Source: Thermoanaerobaculia bacterium | Lineage (GTDB): Bacteria > Acidobacteriota > Thermoanaerobaculia > Gp7-AA8 | Direction of reading: 5' to 3' | Length of the DNA: 64,000 nucleotides | Assembly: GCA_036375075.1 (NCBI GenBank) | Contig: DASUSN010000135.1 | Coordinates: forward strand, 11,881-75,880 | Shown: positions 31,517-42,343 of the stretch, piece by piece | Layout of the letters: each line of letters begins with the position of its first letter | Numbering within the stretch: position 1 is the stretch's first letter | Translations under genes and position numbers: made by a program | The notes under the pieces: model-generated | The model's input: the letters and a program-made list of their open reading frames with translations, nothing else | The model's database searches: none | What the model was told of the DNA's origin: nothing

Positions 31517-32479
31517 CTACGACGTCGCGTGGAACTTCACCATGCGCCACTGGTAGTACGGCGTCTGGTCCTTCACCCCGATGTGGCCGTACGGATACCC
31601 GCTGAACGTGCGCTCGCCGTTCTGCGCGGGGATGCGGCAGGTCGACTGGCCGTACACCACCGTCCCGTAGCCGATGACTTCGTCCGCGCTCGACCAGATC
31701 GTGTAGACGTACGTGCCCTCGTAGTGGCTCGCGGCGGCGAGGTCCACGAGAAACGAGGACACACCGTACGGGCCGAAGCCGCCGACCAGGTAACCGGGGT
31801 AGAAGCCGTTGGTCGACCCGCACGTCGGCGTGGTGGGTCCGCTGAGGTAGCAGGTGGTGAGGCCGCGGTTCGCGCCGGCGATGCCGACGAAGGTGTCGAC
31901 CCACGACGTGAGCGAGCTGCCGAGGTTGTAGGCGCCGCCGGCGAGGGAGTCGTTGCCGCTGCCGCCCTTGATGACCTTGCGCATGAGCGTCACGCCCATG
32001 GAGTGCGTGACGATGTCGACCTTCGCCGCGCCGGTGTACGTCTTCACCGCGGTGACGAACGCGCGCAGGCGGGTGAGGTAGTCCTTCGAGTGGTACTGCT
32101 GCGAGGCGAACGCGGAGTTCGCCGGGCCCCAGGTGGTCGCGTAGATCTCGGCCGACGTGTAGCCCTGCGCCTTGAAGTACTCGATGCTCGAGCGCCAGCC
32201 CGTCGCCAGCGAGGAGCCGGTGCCGAGGGCGGAGTCGGAGTTGCCGTGGATGAAGATGACCGGCTGGTTGACGACCGCCTGTCCCGCGAAGGTGCGTCCG
32301 CCGTAGCTGCCACCCGGGACGTCGGTGCGCGCGAAGCCGTACGAGCCGTAGCCGTTGGCGGTGAGCCAGTTGCGGAAGTCGCTGCTCAGCCCGTACGCGG
32401 GATCGGCTTCGAGCTGGGCATGGACAGGAACGGCGGAGACGGCGAACAGCAGGAGGGCGGCAAGGACGGCGTTACGCAT
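31517..32479 (-). CDS. Secreted alpha/beta-hydrolase, class-2 lipase-like
   Basis: Signal peptide MRNAVLAALLLFAVSAVPVHA; nucleophile elbow VTHSMGV; IFIHGNSD oxyanion-region-like. Confidence 0.8.
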   Translation of the reverse strand: MRNAVLAALLLFAVSAVPVHAQLEADPAYGLSSDFRNWLTANGYGSYGFARTDVPGGSYGGRTFAGQAVVNQPVIFIHGNSDSALGTGSSLATGWRSSIEYFKAQGYTSAEIYATTWGPANSAFASQQYHSKDYLTRLRAFVTAVKTYTGAAKVDIVTHSMGVTLMRKVIKGGSGNDSLAGGAYNLGSSLTSWVDTFVGIAGANRGLTTCYLSGPTTPTCGSTNGFYPGYLVGGFGPYGVSSFLVDLAAASHYEGTYVYTIWSSADEVIGYGTVVYGQSTCRIPAQNGERTFSGYPYGHIGVKDQTPYYQWRMVKFHATS

Positions 32480-32501
32480 CCGCGCATTGTACGTGCCGCC
32501 G

Positions 32502-35500
32502 TCATTTGCGCACCGCCCTCCGTCTGCCTTCGCCGTTGGAGATGACGGACTCGCCGATCCACTCCGTCGTGTTGCCGGAGTCGTCGGCGAACGTGATGCG
32601 GACGTCGATGGGACCGCGCGCCTGGACCGCGGGTGCGAGGTCGACGCGGTAGTGCAGGCCGGTGGCCTGGTGCTGGAGCTCCTCGTCGGTGCCCTGGTCG
32701 TCGGCGGTGAGGACCGCGGTGGCAGACGTCCATTCTGCAGCGCCGTGACGTCGCCAGGCGACGCTCACGCGATCCGCGGGCATGTCCTTGAACGGGTTCT
32801 CGCCGATCTCGTTCAGCACGGTGTCCTGGACGGAGAAGTCGAGCGTCGCATCGGCGATGCGCACGGTGTGCAGCGAGGGCGGGATGCTGTCCGCGCGGCG
32901 CGAGTCGAACGTCGACGTGATCGTCGAGCGGTTCAGGCCCTTCGTGCTGACGAAGGACATCCGGCCTGTGACCGTATATGCGCCGAGAGGGATCCCGTTG
33001 CAGCAGATCTGGTCATCTCCGGTGCGGAGCAGCGTGCCGGCTTCGTCGAAGAGCTCGAAGCGATCGTGCACGAGGGGACGGCGATAGTACTCGCGCAGCG
33101 GACCGCGCCACTCGTGGAAGGACCAGAAGAAGTCGCGCGCGTTCCACGCTACCGTGAGGGAGGTGGGATACAGAGGGCCGGTGCCGAACGCGATCTCTTC
33201 GCCCGCGGCGAAGCTCGTGTCGGACGGCGACGGCGTGATGCCGAGGGAAGTGCTGAAGCGGTTGCCGTCCCGCCGCACCGGCGGACCCTCCATGTACTGG
33301 GGCCCGTTGAGCTCCGTCAGCGTGGTCGCAGCCAGGCTGCTGATCGTCGGATGGACCGGCGCGGTCAGGTAGATCCTGCCTTCCCAGAACGGCCCGGCCG
33401 CGCGCGAGCGGACCTGGAAGTTGCCGTAGCCGATGCTGCCGCGCGGGAGGACTCCGGCGCTGAGCGTGGCGTACGGTGCCGCGGCCAGGGGCGGAATGGC
33501 GATGCGGAGCGGCGACGAGAGGTAGTCGGACGGGCTGTTGGTGACGGTGACGTCGCGGTCGAGCGGCTGGAAGAGGCGGTCGACGGCGTAGACGGAGTTG
33601 GTTTCCGGGTCTCCGCAGCCTTCGAACAGCAGCACCGGCACCGTGGTGACGTCGTTGATCCTCAGGCGCCGCGTCGTGTACTGCAGGATGATGTTCTCGG
33701 CGAGGCGGTCCGTCCCGAGGTTGAAGAGGAGGTGCTGGCCGCACTTCCTCTGCAGGGAGGGCCCGCTTTCGCCTTCTCCGTACGGCACCGGCTCGATCGC
33801 CCTGCCCTGTTCGTCGACGATGGCGGAGACGACGGCGTTCTTCGCGAGCGTGCGCGATGCATGGATCACGGGATTGCCGGCGCCGGACCGATCGCCGAAG
33901 AAGAGGACCGCCGGCTCGCCGTTTTCGTCGGAGGAGACGATGGCCACATCGAATTCTCCCGCGGGCACGAAGAGCTTCACCGGGCCGGGCACGCTCCCGT
34001 TGAAGCGGTGCGTGTAGCTGCCACCGGCGAGGATCCCGCCGAAGTTTCCCTCGGACTCCCAGTTCACGGTCACGGTTGCGGCCTGGACGAACGTCCACGG
34101 GACGCGGATGGTCGCGCCGCCGGCCTGCAGCGTGATGCTGCCGCCGTAGGTCAGCGAGCCGCTGACGGGGATGGGGAGCACGGCGTGATCGACGTCGACG
34201 CGAAGAGTGATCTGCTTCGTGACGTTCGGAGGGAGCGTGACGCTCGCGGGCGCGACGATGTCGATGCCGGCGCGCTCGCCGGCGACGCTGGCGACGTTGA
34301 CGTCCATGGACAACGCGGAGCGATTGGTGAGCGAGATCGTGACGGTGGCGGTCCACTTCACGGGCAGACCGCTGGTAATGCCGAAGTTCGCGATCGAGGG
34401 GTTGGCGAGGACCGTCGCGTTCACCGCGGCGAGTGCGTCGACACGTCCCCCTCCCTCGGAAACGACTTCGCTGCCGAGGGGCACCGCCGTGGAGACGAGC
34501 GCGGATTTGACCTCGGCCGGCGTCCACTGCGGATGGACCGCGCGGACCAGCGCGGCGATGCCGGCGACGTGCGGCGCGGCCATGGACGTGCCGTTCGCGG
34601 CGATCGTCCCGCCACCGTGTCTCGCGGAAACGATTCCGACGCCCGGCGCCACGATCTCCGGCTTCGCCAGGAGCTCGAATGCGGTGGGACCGCGCGAGCT
34701 GAATCCGGCGACCGTGTTTTCGCGCGTGATCGCGCCGACGGTGATCGCGGCGGGCGACACTCCCGGCGTGCCCACCGAGTAGAACCCGCCGTAGTTTCCG
34801 GAGGAGACCACGACCACGATGCCCGCGTTCACGGCGTTCTGGACGGCGTCCATCATCGGATCGTCGGCGACGGCCGGGGCGCCGAGGCTCATGTTCACGA
34901 CGTCGACGTGATCGGAGAGATCGCCGTCGCCGTTCGGATCGGCCGCGCGCTCAAGGGCTTCGATCACGGCGGAGGAGTCGCCGCTGCCGTCCTGGTCGAG
35001 TACTTTGTACGCGAGCAGGCTGACCTCGGGCGCGACGCCGGTGAGGCCGCCGCCGTTGGCGCCGACGATCCCGGCGACGTGGGTACCGTGCCCGCTGTCG
35101 TCGTCCGGGTCGGCGTCGCCGTTGACGAAGTCCCAGCCTCCGATGACCCGGTGGCCGGGCCCGAAGCCGTTGCCGAAGGCCTCGTGCTGCCAGTCGATCC
35201 CGGTGTCGATGACGGCGACCGTCCTGCCGGCTCCGCGCGTGCCGAGCGTCTGCCACACCTGATCGGCGCGCGTCGCGGGAACGCTCTGCGCGAGCGTCGC
35301 CTGCACGCGGATGTCTTCATGGACGCTGGCCACGCCCGGGAGACGGCGGAGGGCGGCGATGTCGGCGCGGCGCACGGTGGCGCTGACTCCGGAGATCAGC
35401 CGGGTGAAGCGGCGCTCGACCTTCGCGCCGGCGTTCCGCACATCATTGGTCGTCGCCTCGTGGGCTCGCGCGCTGGCGGCGATGCGGCGGCCGAGGCGCG

Positions 35501-35630
35501 GGGCTTCCTGGTAGCGGATGATGACCTTTGCGTACTCGCCGCGGGGGACGTCGAGACTGACCGTCTCCGTCGCGCGGACGGACGACGCGCAGAGGATGAC
35601 TGCGACCAGGAACTTGCGGGTTGTACTCAC
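32502..35630 (-). CDS. Secreted subtilisin-family (S8) serine protease with an I9-like propeptide and a large C-terminal extension
   Basis: Catalytic motifs VAVIDTGID, HGTHVAGIVG and GTSMAAPHVAG. I prefer the GTG at 35630, which gives MSTTRKFLVAVILCASSVRA; the ORF track starts at 35642. Confidence 0.9.
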   Translation of the reverse strand: MSTTRKFLVAVILCASSVRATETVSLDVPRGEYAKVIIRYQEAPRLGRRIAASARAHEATTNDVRNAGAKVERRFTRLISGVSATVRRADIAALRRLPGVASVHEDIRVQATLAQSVPATRADQVWQTLGTRGAGRTVAVIDTGIDWQHEAFGNGFGPGHRVIGGWDFVNGDADPDDDSGHGTHVAGIVGANGGGLTGVAPEVSLLAYKVLDQDGSGDSSAVIEALERAADPNGDGDLSDHVDVVNMSLGAPAVADDPMMDAVQNAVNAGIVVVVSSGNYGGFYSVGTPGVSPAAITVGAITRENTVAGFSSRGPTAFELLAKPEIVAPGVGIVSARHGGGTIAANGTSMAAPHVAGIAALVRAVHPQWTPAEVKSALVSTAVPLGSEVVSEGGGRVDALAAVNATVLANPSIANFGITSGLPVKWTATVTISLTNRSALSMDVNVASVAGERAGIDIVAPASVTLPPNVTKQITLRVDVDHAVLPIPVSGSLTYGGSITLQAGGATIRVPWTFVQAATVTVNWESEGNFGGILAGGSYTHRFNGSVPGPVKLFVPAGEFDVAIVSSDENGEPAVLFFGDRSGAGNPVIHASRTLAKNAVVSAIVDEQGRAIEPVPYGEGESGPSLQRKCGQHLLFNLGTDRLAENIILQYTTRRLRINDVTTVPVLLFEGCGDPETNSVYAVDRLFQPLDRDVTVTNSPSDYLSSPLRIAIPPLAAAPYATLSAGVLPRGSIGYGNFQVRSRAAGPFWEGRIYLTAPVHPTISSLAATTLTELNGPQYMEGPPVRRDGNRFSTSLGITPSPSDTSFAAGEEIAFGTGPLYPTSLTVAWNARDFFWSFHEWRGPLREYYRRPLVHDRFELFDEAGTLLRTGDDQICCNGIPLGAYTVTGRMSFVSTKGLNRSTITSTFDSRRADSIPPSLHTVRIADATLDFSVQDTVLNEIGENPFKDMPADRVSVAWRRHGAAEWTSATAVLTADDQGTDEELQHQATGLHYRVDLAPAVQARGPIDVRITFADDSGNTTEWIGESVISNGEGRRRAVRK

Positions 35631-35669
35631 TGGGACGACCACCTCGACGTTAGTTATTTGCTGAACACC

Positions 35670-36221
35670 CTAACGCCTCGGCGCCTCCCGCGCTACCCAG
35701 GACACCGAAACGTCACGCGCGGCGCGGTAGAGCATCCACAGGGCGACGATCTGGATGGCGTGGTAGATGTCGTTGTAGTCGAACCAGTGCGGATGGATGG
35801 TGACGCGCGTCTGCTGCACGAGCGCGCCGAGGACCGAGACGGCGATGCTGCCCCAGACCCACTTCTTCGCGGGATGGAAGATGCCGGCGAGGATCAGGGT
35901 GATGCCGTAGTCGGCGACGACGTAGATGAAGTCGTCGTGCGCCGCCATCCACGTCAGATAGACGACGAGCTTCACCGCGGCGACGGCGGCGAGCCTGCGG
36001 TGGGTGCCGGCCAGAAGGAAGAAGCTGGCCAGGCCGACGGACATCACGGTCGCCTTCCAGAGCTCGGGCGTGCGGTCGCCGTAGCCGTGGTAGACGCCGC
36101 CGATGAACCCGGCGAGCGCGGTGAAGACGAACGCAAGCGCCCACATGCGGTGCAGGCGCCACAGACGCACCGCGAAGATCAGGGCGGCGAGGCCGAGGGC
36201 GGAGTCGGTGACGAGCGCCAT
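35670..36221 (-). CDS. Hypothetical integral membrane protein (about 183 aa)
   Basis: Only the C-terminal part of ORF 35670..36863 looks real (MALVTDSALGLAALIFAVRLW..., 5-6 hydrophobic helices). The upstream part is antisense to udgX. The start could be 36221 or 36233. Confidence 0.6.
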   Translation of the reverse strand: MALVTDSALGLAALIFAVRLWRLHRMWALAFVFTALAGFIGGVYHGYGDRTPELWKATVMSVGLASFFLLAGTHRRLAAVAAVKLVVYLTWMAAHDDFIYVVADYGITLILAGIFHPAKKWVWGSIAVSVLGALVQQTRVTIHPHWFDYNDIYHAIQIVALWMLYRAARDVSVSWVAREAPRR

Positions 36222-36261
36222 CGGGTCAGGCATGGGAAGGATTTTCGCATGCTCCGTGTGC

Positions 36262-36888
36262 ATGCCCATGCACACCGCCGCGCCGCTGATTCCGCCGCGT
36301 CCGACGCTCAGCAAGCTGCGGGACGCCGCCGCGGAGTGCAAGGCGTGCCATCTATGGAAGCTGGGGACGCAGACGGTGTTCGGGGAAGGGAAAGCGAAGG
36401 CGACGATCATGTTCGTCGGCGAGCAGCCGGGGGACAAGGAGGACCTCGCCGGACGGCCGTTCGTCGGGCCCGCGGGCGCGCTGTTCGACGCGTCGCTGGA
36501 AGAGGTGGGCATTGACCGCACGACGGTGTACGTGACGAACGTGGTGAAGCACTTCAAGTGGGAGCCGCGCGGGAAGCGGCGCATCCACAAGAAGCCGAAC
36601 GGCGTGGAGATCACGGCCTGCCGCCCGTGGCTGGACTCGGAGATCAACGTCGTCCAGCCGCGAGTCATCGTCTGCCTCGGCTCGACGGCGGCGCAGGCCG
36701 TGATCGACCGGAAGTTCAAGGTGACGCAGCAGCGGGGAATCTTCGTGCCGTCGGAGCTCGCGGAGTACGTGACGGCGACGGTGCACCCGTCGTCGATCCT
36801 GCGCGCCCCGACGGACGAGGCGCGGCGGACGGAGCGGGAGAGGTTCGTGGAGGACCTGCGCAAGGTCCGCGTCGCGCTGGGCGCGTGA
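36262..36888 (+). CDS. udgX: Family-4-type uracil-DNA glycosylase of the UdgX (covalent uracil-DNA crosslinking) subtype
   Basis: GEQPGDKEDLAGRPFVGPAG (motif A), the UdgX-specific loop RGKRRIHKKP, and HPSSILR (motif B). There are also Fe-S-type Cys residues (CKAC...C). The start is uncertain (36232, 36262 or 36268). Confidence 0.85.
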   Translation: MPMHTAAPLIPPRPTLSKLRDAAAECKACHLWKLGTQTVFGEGKAKATIMFVGEQPGDKEDLAGRPFVGPAGALFDASLEEVGIDRTTVYVTNVVKHFKWEPRGKRRIHKKPNGVEITACRPWLDSEINVVQPRVIVCLGSTAAQAVIDRKFKVTQQRGIFVPSELAEYVTATVHPSSILRAPTDEARRTERERFVEDLRKVRVALGA

Positions 36889-36893
36889 CACTA

Positions 36894-36989
36894 ATGTAGG
36901 GCGTGGCTTCAGCCCGCCCCCCCGGTGTGAACATGGCAGGTTCGCCCCCCCACCCCGCCCGAGAGGCGGGCTGAAGCCACGCCCTACAT
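36894..36989. repeat. Family-B palindromic repeat, intergenic copy
   Basis: atgtagggcgtggcttcagcccgcc ... ggcgggctgaagccacgccctacat. Confidence 0.9.
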
Positions 36990-37003
36990 TTCGTGAAACC
37001 GAG

Positions 37004-39997
37004 CTACCGCGTGGCGACGCTTCCCTGTTCGGCCGCGTCGAAGCGCTCGAGGTCTTCCCAAGCCTGCGGCGCGAGGTCGAGGCCGGCGAGGGCGTAGCAG
37101 TTCGCGCGGATGGTGAGGATCTGGCGCTGCCAGAGCGGGTATGGCTCCACCATCTGCAGCGCTTCGATGGCGTTCGGGCCGCATTGCTCGAAGAGCGGCG
37201 CGATGACGATGCGTGCGAAGCGGCGGCTATTCTCGTGCTGCATCGCGGCGAACGGTTTCGACAGCGCGTCGAACAGGATGCGCGCGCGCTTCGGATCGGT
37301 GCGGGCGAGCTCCACGGCGAGCTCGAACGAGCGTTCCATGAGCTCCTGATCGGGCCACGCGGATTTGCGGTAATTCACGAAGACGCGGCGCAGCAGCTCG
37401 GTGGCCTCGTCGTGCCTCCCCTGCTTCGCGCGCAGCTGCGCGACGATGTAGCCGCCCTCGATCGGCTGTTCCCGCGCGATGACCTTCGCCGCTTCCTCCG
37501 CCCGTGCGTCGCCGCTCGTCGCGGCGGCGAGCGCCATCGTGGCGAGCACGCCCAGGTTGGCGGGCTCGCTCGGGTCGTCGAGCCAGGGGCGCTTCTTCTC
37601 CACCTGCGCCCAGTCCACGGTGCCGCGCACGTCGCGCGGATGCATGGCCCGCATCGCCGCGGCGTCATCGGCGATCTGCCGGTGCAGGCTGGCGCCGGTG
37701 TCGATGCTGCGCGCGAAGCCGAACTCGATCACCGTGCGGTCGTCGGTGTTCATCGCCTCCGCGTTCTTCGCCGCCGCCAGGGCGAAGCTCTCGTTGGCGA
37801 AGAGGTGGGCGAGAAATCCTTCGACGGACGAGACGCGCCACGTGTTCATCATGGCGGAGCGGAACGGTTCCGTGCCCAGGCGCGCGCGCAGCAGCTCCGC
37901 ATCGACGACGATGGGAGTCCTGGACGCGACGAGCAGCAGGTCGCCCTCGGTCGTCCACCAGGTCTGGACGTTGGGGAAGACGGACGTGAGCGTCGCGTAG
38001 ATCGTGCGGATCGTCTCCGGATGCACGGCGTACGACTGCACCCACTGCGCGAAGATGCCGCGGTCGCGCAGGCGGTCGCGTGCGGCGAGGTAGAACTCCT
38101 GCGTGAAGAGGCTGGCGATGCCGGCGCGGTAGGGGTTCGACGGCTCGGAGGCGATGATGTCGTAGGTCCGTCCGCTGGTGAGCAGCACCTCGCGCGCATC
38201 ACCGATGGTGACGTGCACCTTCGGGCTCGTCATCACCCCGGCGTTCACCGCCTCGCAGGCGCGGGCGACGTCGAGGACGACCGGCTCGAGCTCGACGGCG
38301 TCGACGCGCGCCATCGACGGCACCGCCGCGAGCCAGCCGGCGCTCGAGCCGGTGCCGAGACCGACGACCAGGGCCGACTCCGGCTTCGGATGCAGAGCCG
38401 CGGCGATGATGCCCTGCATGACCTGCGTGCCGGCATCGCCGCGCGCGGCGCCGTCGCTCTTGCCGTTGATGATGAAGGAAATGTCGCTCAGCGCGACGAC
38501 GGCCACGCTGGACTCGCGGCCGTCGCGCTCCCAGAGCACCGAGCGGCGGCTGTCGTTGATCCAGCGCCGGAGGGCATTGCGCGACGTGGGACTCGGCGCG
38601 CGCGCGGCGCCGATCCCGGAGTGCCGCCACACCGCCGTCGGCCCGATCGCCGTGATGCACGCGACGGCGGCCGCCGCGGTCGCGACGGCCAGCCAGCGGC
38701 GATCGCGCAACGTCGCCGCGATGCCGAGGGCGACGAGCACGATGACGACGAGCCGCCACGTGCCGGGTGCGGTGAGCAGGGGCATCAGGCCGAAGCCGCC
38801 GGCCAGCGAGCCGGCGATCGCACCGGCCGTGTTCCACGCGTACACCGAGCCGATCTGGCGCCCGACGTCGTCGCGGCCGCGCCCGAGGAGCGCGATCAGC
38901 AGCGGGAACTGCACGCCGGAGATCACCGCGGCCGGAAAGACGACGATCGACGTGACGATCACCCACGCCGTGACGTGACCCCCGAAGCCCAGCGGTCCGA
39001 GGCCGCGGAGCGCGTTCGCGAGAAGGGCGATGTGGTCGCCGAGCGCGAACGGAATCGCGATCGCCAGCGCTTCGAGCGTGCAGGTGATGGCGAAGCCGCC
39101 CACGGTCGCGGCGCCGCGGCCCAGGAGCGCGTACAGCGCACCCCCCAGCCCGATGCCCGCGAGCGCGACCGCGAGCACGAGGCCGAACATGTACGTCGTC
39201 CCGCCGAGGATCGGCGAGAGCATGCGGTACCAGACCAGCTCCATCAGGAGGAAGGCGAAGCCGGCGGTGGCAGACGCGACATAGAAGAAGGAGGTGCCGG
39301 GTCGTCGAGTGATCGAGTCGTCGAGGGTGCCTCGCTCCCGCTCCTCGACGACTGGAAGACTCGACGACTTGTCGACTGACCTCGAGAGCAGGCGTGCCAC
39401 GATCGCGACCAGCAGGTTCAGGCCGACGGCGAGGAAGAGCGTCGTGCGGTTGCCGAAGCGCTCCAGGAGGATGAACGTCGACAGCAGCGTCCCCGCCACG
39501 GCGCCGAGGGTGTTCACGCCGTAGAGCAGGGCCACGGCGCGGCGTCCGGCGTCGTCATTCGTCTGGACCGAGCGCGCGGCGGCAGGCAGCGTACCGCCCA
39601 TCAGCAGCGTCGCCGGTCCGAGGACGACGATCGACAGCGCGAGGCGGAGGACCGTGGCGCCGAAGAGACCGAGCTGCGGCGAGCCGCCGCTCGCGAAGTA
39701 GATCTTCGCCGCCAGCGCCAGGAGCAGCGGCGAAACAGCGGCCGCCGCGGCGATCAGCAGCTCCAGGCGCGCGTAGTACGCCAGCGGCTTCTCTTTCGCG
39801 TCCGCACGCTTGCCGAGGAGGGCGCTGCCGAGACCGAGCCCGGCCATGAAGATCGCGAGCACGGCGCCCGTCGCGAAGGTCGACGCGCCGAAGATCAGGC
39901 GGAACTGGCGCAGCCACACCGTCTGGTAGATGAGAGCGGAGAGACCGGAGAAGAAGAGGAGGCTCGCGACTTTTGCCGCGTCGCGCGTCATCGGCAC
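37004..39997 (-). CDS. Fused MFS-like / spermidine synthase-like / helical-repeat protein (paralog 2)
   Basis: 997 aa. KVASLLFFSGLSALIYQTVWLRQFRLIFG; PABS core VVGLGTGSSAGW...VDAVELEP...[25 protein letters not shown]. The architecture matches 27151..30213. Confidence 0.9.
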   Translation of the reverse strand: MPMTRDAAKVASLLFFSGLSALIYQTVWLRQFRLIFGASTFATGAVLAIFMAGLGLGSALLGKRADAKEKPLAYYARLELLIAAAAAVSPLLLALAAKIYFASGGSPQLGLFGATVLRLALSIVVLGPATLLMGGTLPAAARSVQTNDDAGRRAVALLYGVNTLGAVAGTLLSTFILLERFGNRTTLFLAVGLNLLVAIVARLLSRSVDKSSSLPVVEERERGTLDDSITRRPGTSFFYVASATAGFAFLLMELVWYRMLSPILGGTTYMFGLVLAVALAGIGLGGALYALLGRGAATVGGFAITCTLEALAIAIPFALGDHIALLANALRGLGPLGFGGHVTAWVIVTSIVVFPAAVISGVQFPLLIALLGRGRDDVGRQIGSVYAWNTAGAIAGSLAGGFGLMPLLTAPGTWRLVVIVLVALGIAATLRDRRWLAVATAAAAVACITAIGPTAVWRHSGIGAARAPSPTSRNALRRWINDSRRSVLWERDGRESSVAVVALSDISFIINGKSDGAARGDAGTQVMQGIIAAALHPKPESALVVGLGTGSSAGWLAAVPSMARVDAVELEPVVLDVARACEAVNAGVMTSPKVHVTIGDAREVLLTSGRTYDIIASEPSNPYRAGIASLFTQEFYLAARDRLRDRGIFAQWVQSYAVHPETIRTIYATLTSVFPNVQTWWTTEGDLLLVASRTPIVVDAELLRARLGTEPFRSAMMNTWRVSSVEGFLAHLFANESFALAAAKNAEAMNTDDRTVIEFGFARSIDTGASLHRQIADDAAAMRAMHPRDVRGTVDWAQVEKKRPWLDDPSEPANLGVLATMALAAATSGDARAEEAAKVIAREQPIEGGYIVAQLRAKQGRHDEATELLRRVFVNYRKSAWPDQELMERSFELAVELARTDPKRARILFDALSKPFAAMQHENSRRFARIVIAPLFEQCGPNAIEALQMVEPYPLWQRQILTIRANCYALAGLDLAPQAWEDLERFDAAEQGSVATR
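39301..39376. repeat. Family-D palindromic repeat, in-frame in paralog 2
   Basis: gtcgtcgagtgatcgagtcgtcgag ... ctcgacgactggaagactcgacgacttgtcgac. The encoded peptide is VDKSSSLPVVEERERGTLDDSITRRP, located between TM segments. Confidence 0.75.
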
Positions 39998-40446
39998 CGC
40001 TCGGTGGCCAGCATGCGGATGCTCGACGGCTCACCGCCGACCATCGCATTCGACAGCGCGACGAGGTCGGCCGGCATCGGCAGCGGATCGTCGACCCACT
40101 TCGTGGTGGTCTCCACGCCGGCCTCGTCATACGTCAACGTGTACTCGAAGCGGTCACAGCAGGGGTTCTCGGGATAGTAGGACTCTTTCCACTCGCCCGG
40201 ACGCGCGTTCGCAAGGATCGACTCGATGCTTTCCACGCTCGTCGTGAACGTGCATTCGCGGCCGTTGAACAGGCGCGCCGTGACTTTGCCATCGGAGTCG
40301 ATCGCGTAGTCGCCCGTCCCGCGGCCGGCGATGCCGCCCGTGGTCGTCACGTCCACCCGCCACGGCCGTTTCGGCGTGGCGTGGGAGGCCGTACAGGCGA
40401 CGGACAACAACAGCAGGATGGCGGAAAGCTTCACGAGACTCTCCAT
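39988..40446 (-). CDS. Small secreted or lipoprotein-like hypothetical protein
   Basis: Internal ATG 40446 gives MESLVKLSAILLLLSVACTAS. The 3' end overlaps the paralog-2 start by 10 nt. Confidence 0.6.
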   Translation of the reverse strand: MESLVKLSAILLLLSVACTASHATPKRPWRVDVTTTGGIAGRGTGDYAIDSDGKVTARLFNGRECTFTTSVESIESILANARPGEWKESYYPENPCCDRFEYTLTYDEAGVETTTKWVDDPLPMPADLVALSNAMVGGEPSSIRMLATERCR

Positions 40447-40624
40447 GTTGTAGAACTGGCGCGCATAGACCATCAAAATACCGCGTTTCTGCGCGATTTG
40501 TTGCGGGCCTCACGCACGCGTCGTACACTCGCTGCACCACACGCATGACCCGTCCGTCCGACCGTTTTCCCGCGCCTCTCCTCGGCGAACGCACCACCGG
40601 GAAACAAAATGAAGGAGCAGGCTA

Positions 40625-41695
<1,071 letters not shown>

Positions 41696-41714
41696 CGGAC
41701 ACAAAACGTGAAGC

Positions 41715-41745
41715 AAGGGCGGCCTTCGGGCCGCCCTTTTCATTT
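41715..41745 (+). terminator. Intrinsic terminator after recA (shared with the convergent gene)
   Basis: aagggcggcc / ttcg / ggccgccctt, followed by ttcatttcc. Confidence 0.75.
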
Positions 41746-42288
41746 CCGGCGGATGCGGATGTCGCCGCCGATGGTCGTGATCCTCACGCGATACTTGCCG
41801 GTGCCGTTCACTCCCTTCCCTTCGAGCACGGTGGTGTCGGGACGCAGCCAGTAGTTCTTCTGCTTCTCCTGGATCTGCAGCGGGAAGTCGCTGACGATCT
41901 CGTTGCGGCGGCCTTCTTCGTCCTGCTCGAGCTCGATCTCGAAGGTTCCGGAGAAATTGGCGGGCAGCGTGAGCTCGACGTGTCCGCCGAGGGAGCTGAT
42001 CTCGATGTCGCCGTCGGCGCGGTTGACCACGACGTCGACGTTGCCGCCCATCGTGCCGGCGTCCAAGGGGCCGGAGAGGTCGCGGACGGTGATATTGCCG
42101 CCCATGGTCTTGGCCGTGACCCGGCCCTGCGCACTGTCGACGCGGATGTCTCCGCCCATGGTTCGCAGCGTGGCGCCGTCGGGCGCGGTGCGCACCTCCA
42201 GATCGCCGCCCATCGACGACTGCGAGATGTGACGCCCCTCCGCCGCGGACGCGGAGAACAGCAGCAGAACCAGTGCGAGAGTTTTCAT
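41740..42288 (-). CDS. Secreted DUF4097-like beta-helical repeat protein
   Basis: Internal ATG 42288 gives the signal peptide MKTLALVLLLFSASAAEG. MGG(D/N)I(T/R)V-type units are repeated about 6 times. Confidence 0.75.
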   Translation of the reverse strand: MKTLALVLLLFSASAAEGRHISQSSMGGDLEVRTAPDGATLRTMGGDIRVDSAQGRVTAKTMGGNITVRDLSGPLDAGTMGGNVDVVVNRADGDIEISSLGGHVELTLPANFSGTFEIELEQDEEGRRNEIVSDFPLQIQEKQKNYWLRPDTTVLEGKGVNGTGKYRVRITTIGGDIRIRRK

Positions 42289-42343
42289 CGAGGCCTCCAG
42301 TGCGGTATACGACGGTGTCCCGCCCGGGGTTAACAAAGTTCAC

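Noticed and set aside
32355-36515. 1386-aa plus-strand ORF
   Set aside because: It is antisense to the S8 protease, whose frame contains the D/H/S catalytic motifs. Its composition is Gly/Arg/Asp/Ala shadow-like.
35670-36863. 397-aa minus-strand ORF taken at full length
   Set aside because: Its N-terminal ~210 residues are antisense to the strongly supported udgX gene and are Arg/Ser-rich. Only the hydrophobic C-terminal ~183 residues were retained.
40477-40624. LexA/SOS box upstream of recA
   Set aside because: I looked for CGAACN4GTTCG, CTGTN8ACAG and GTTCN7GTTC motifs. Only a loose GTTTC-N10-GTTGC is present, which is not convincing without a genome-specific motif model.
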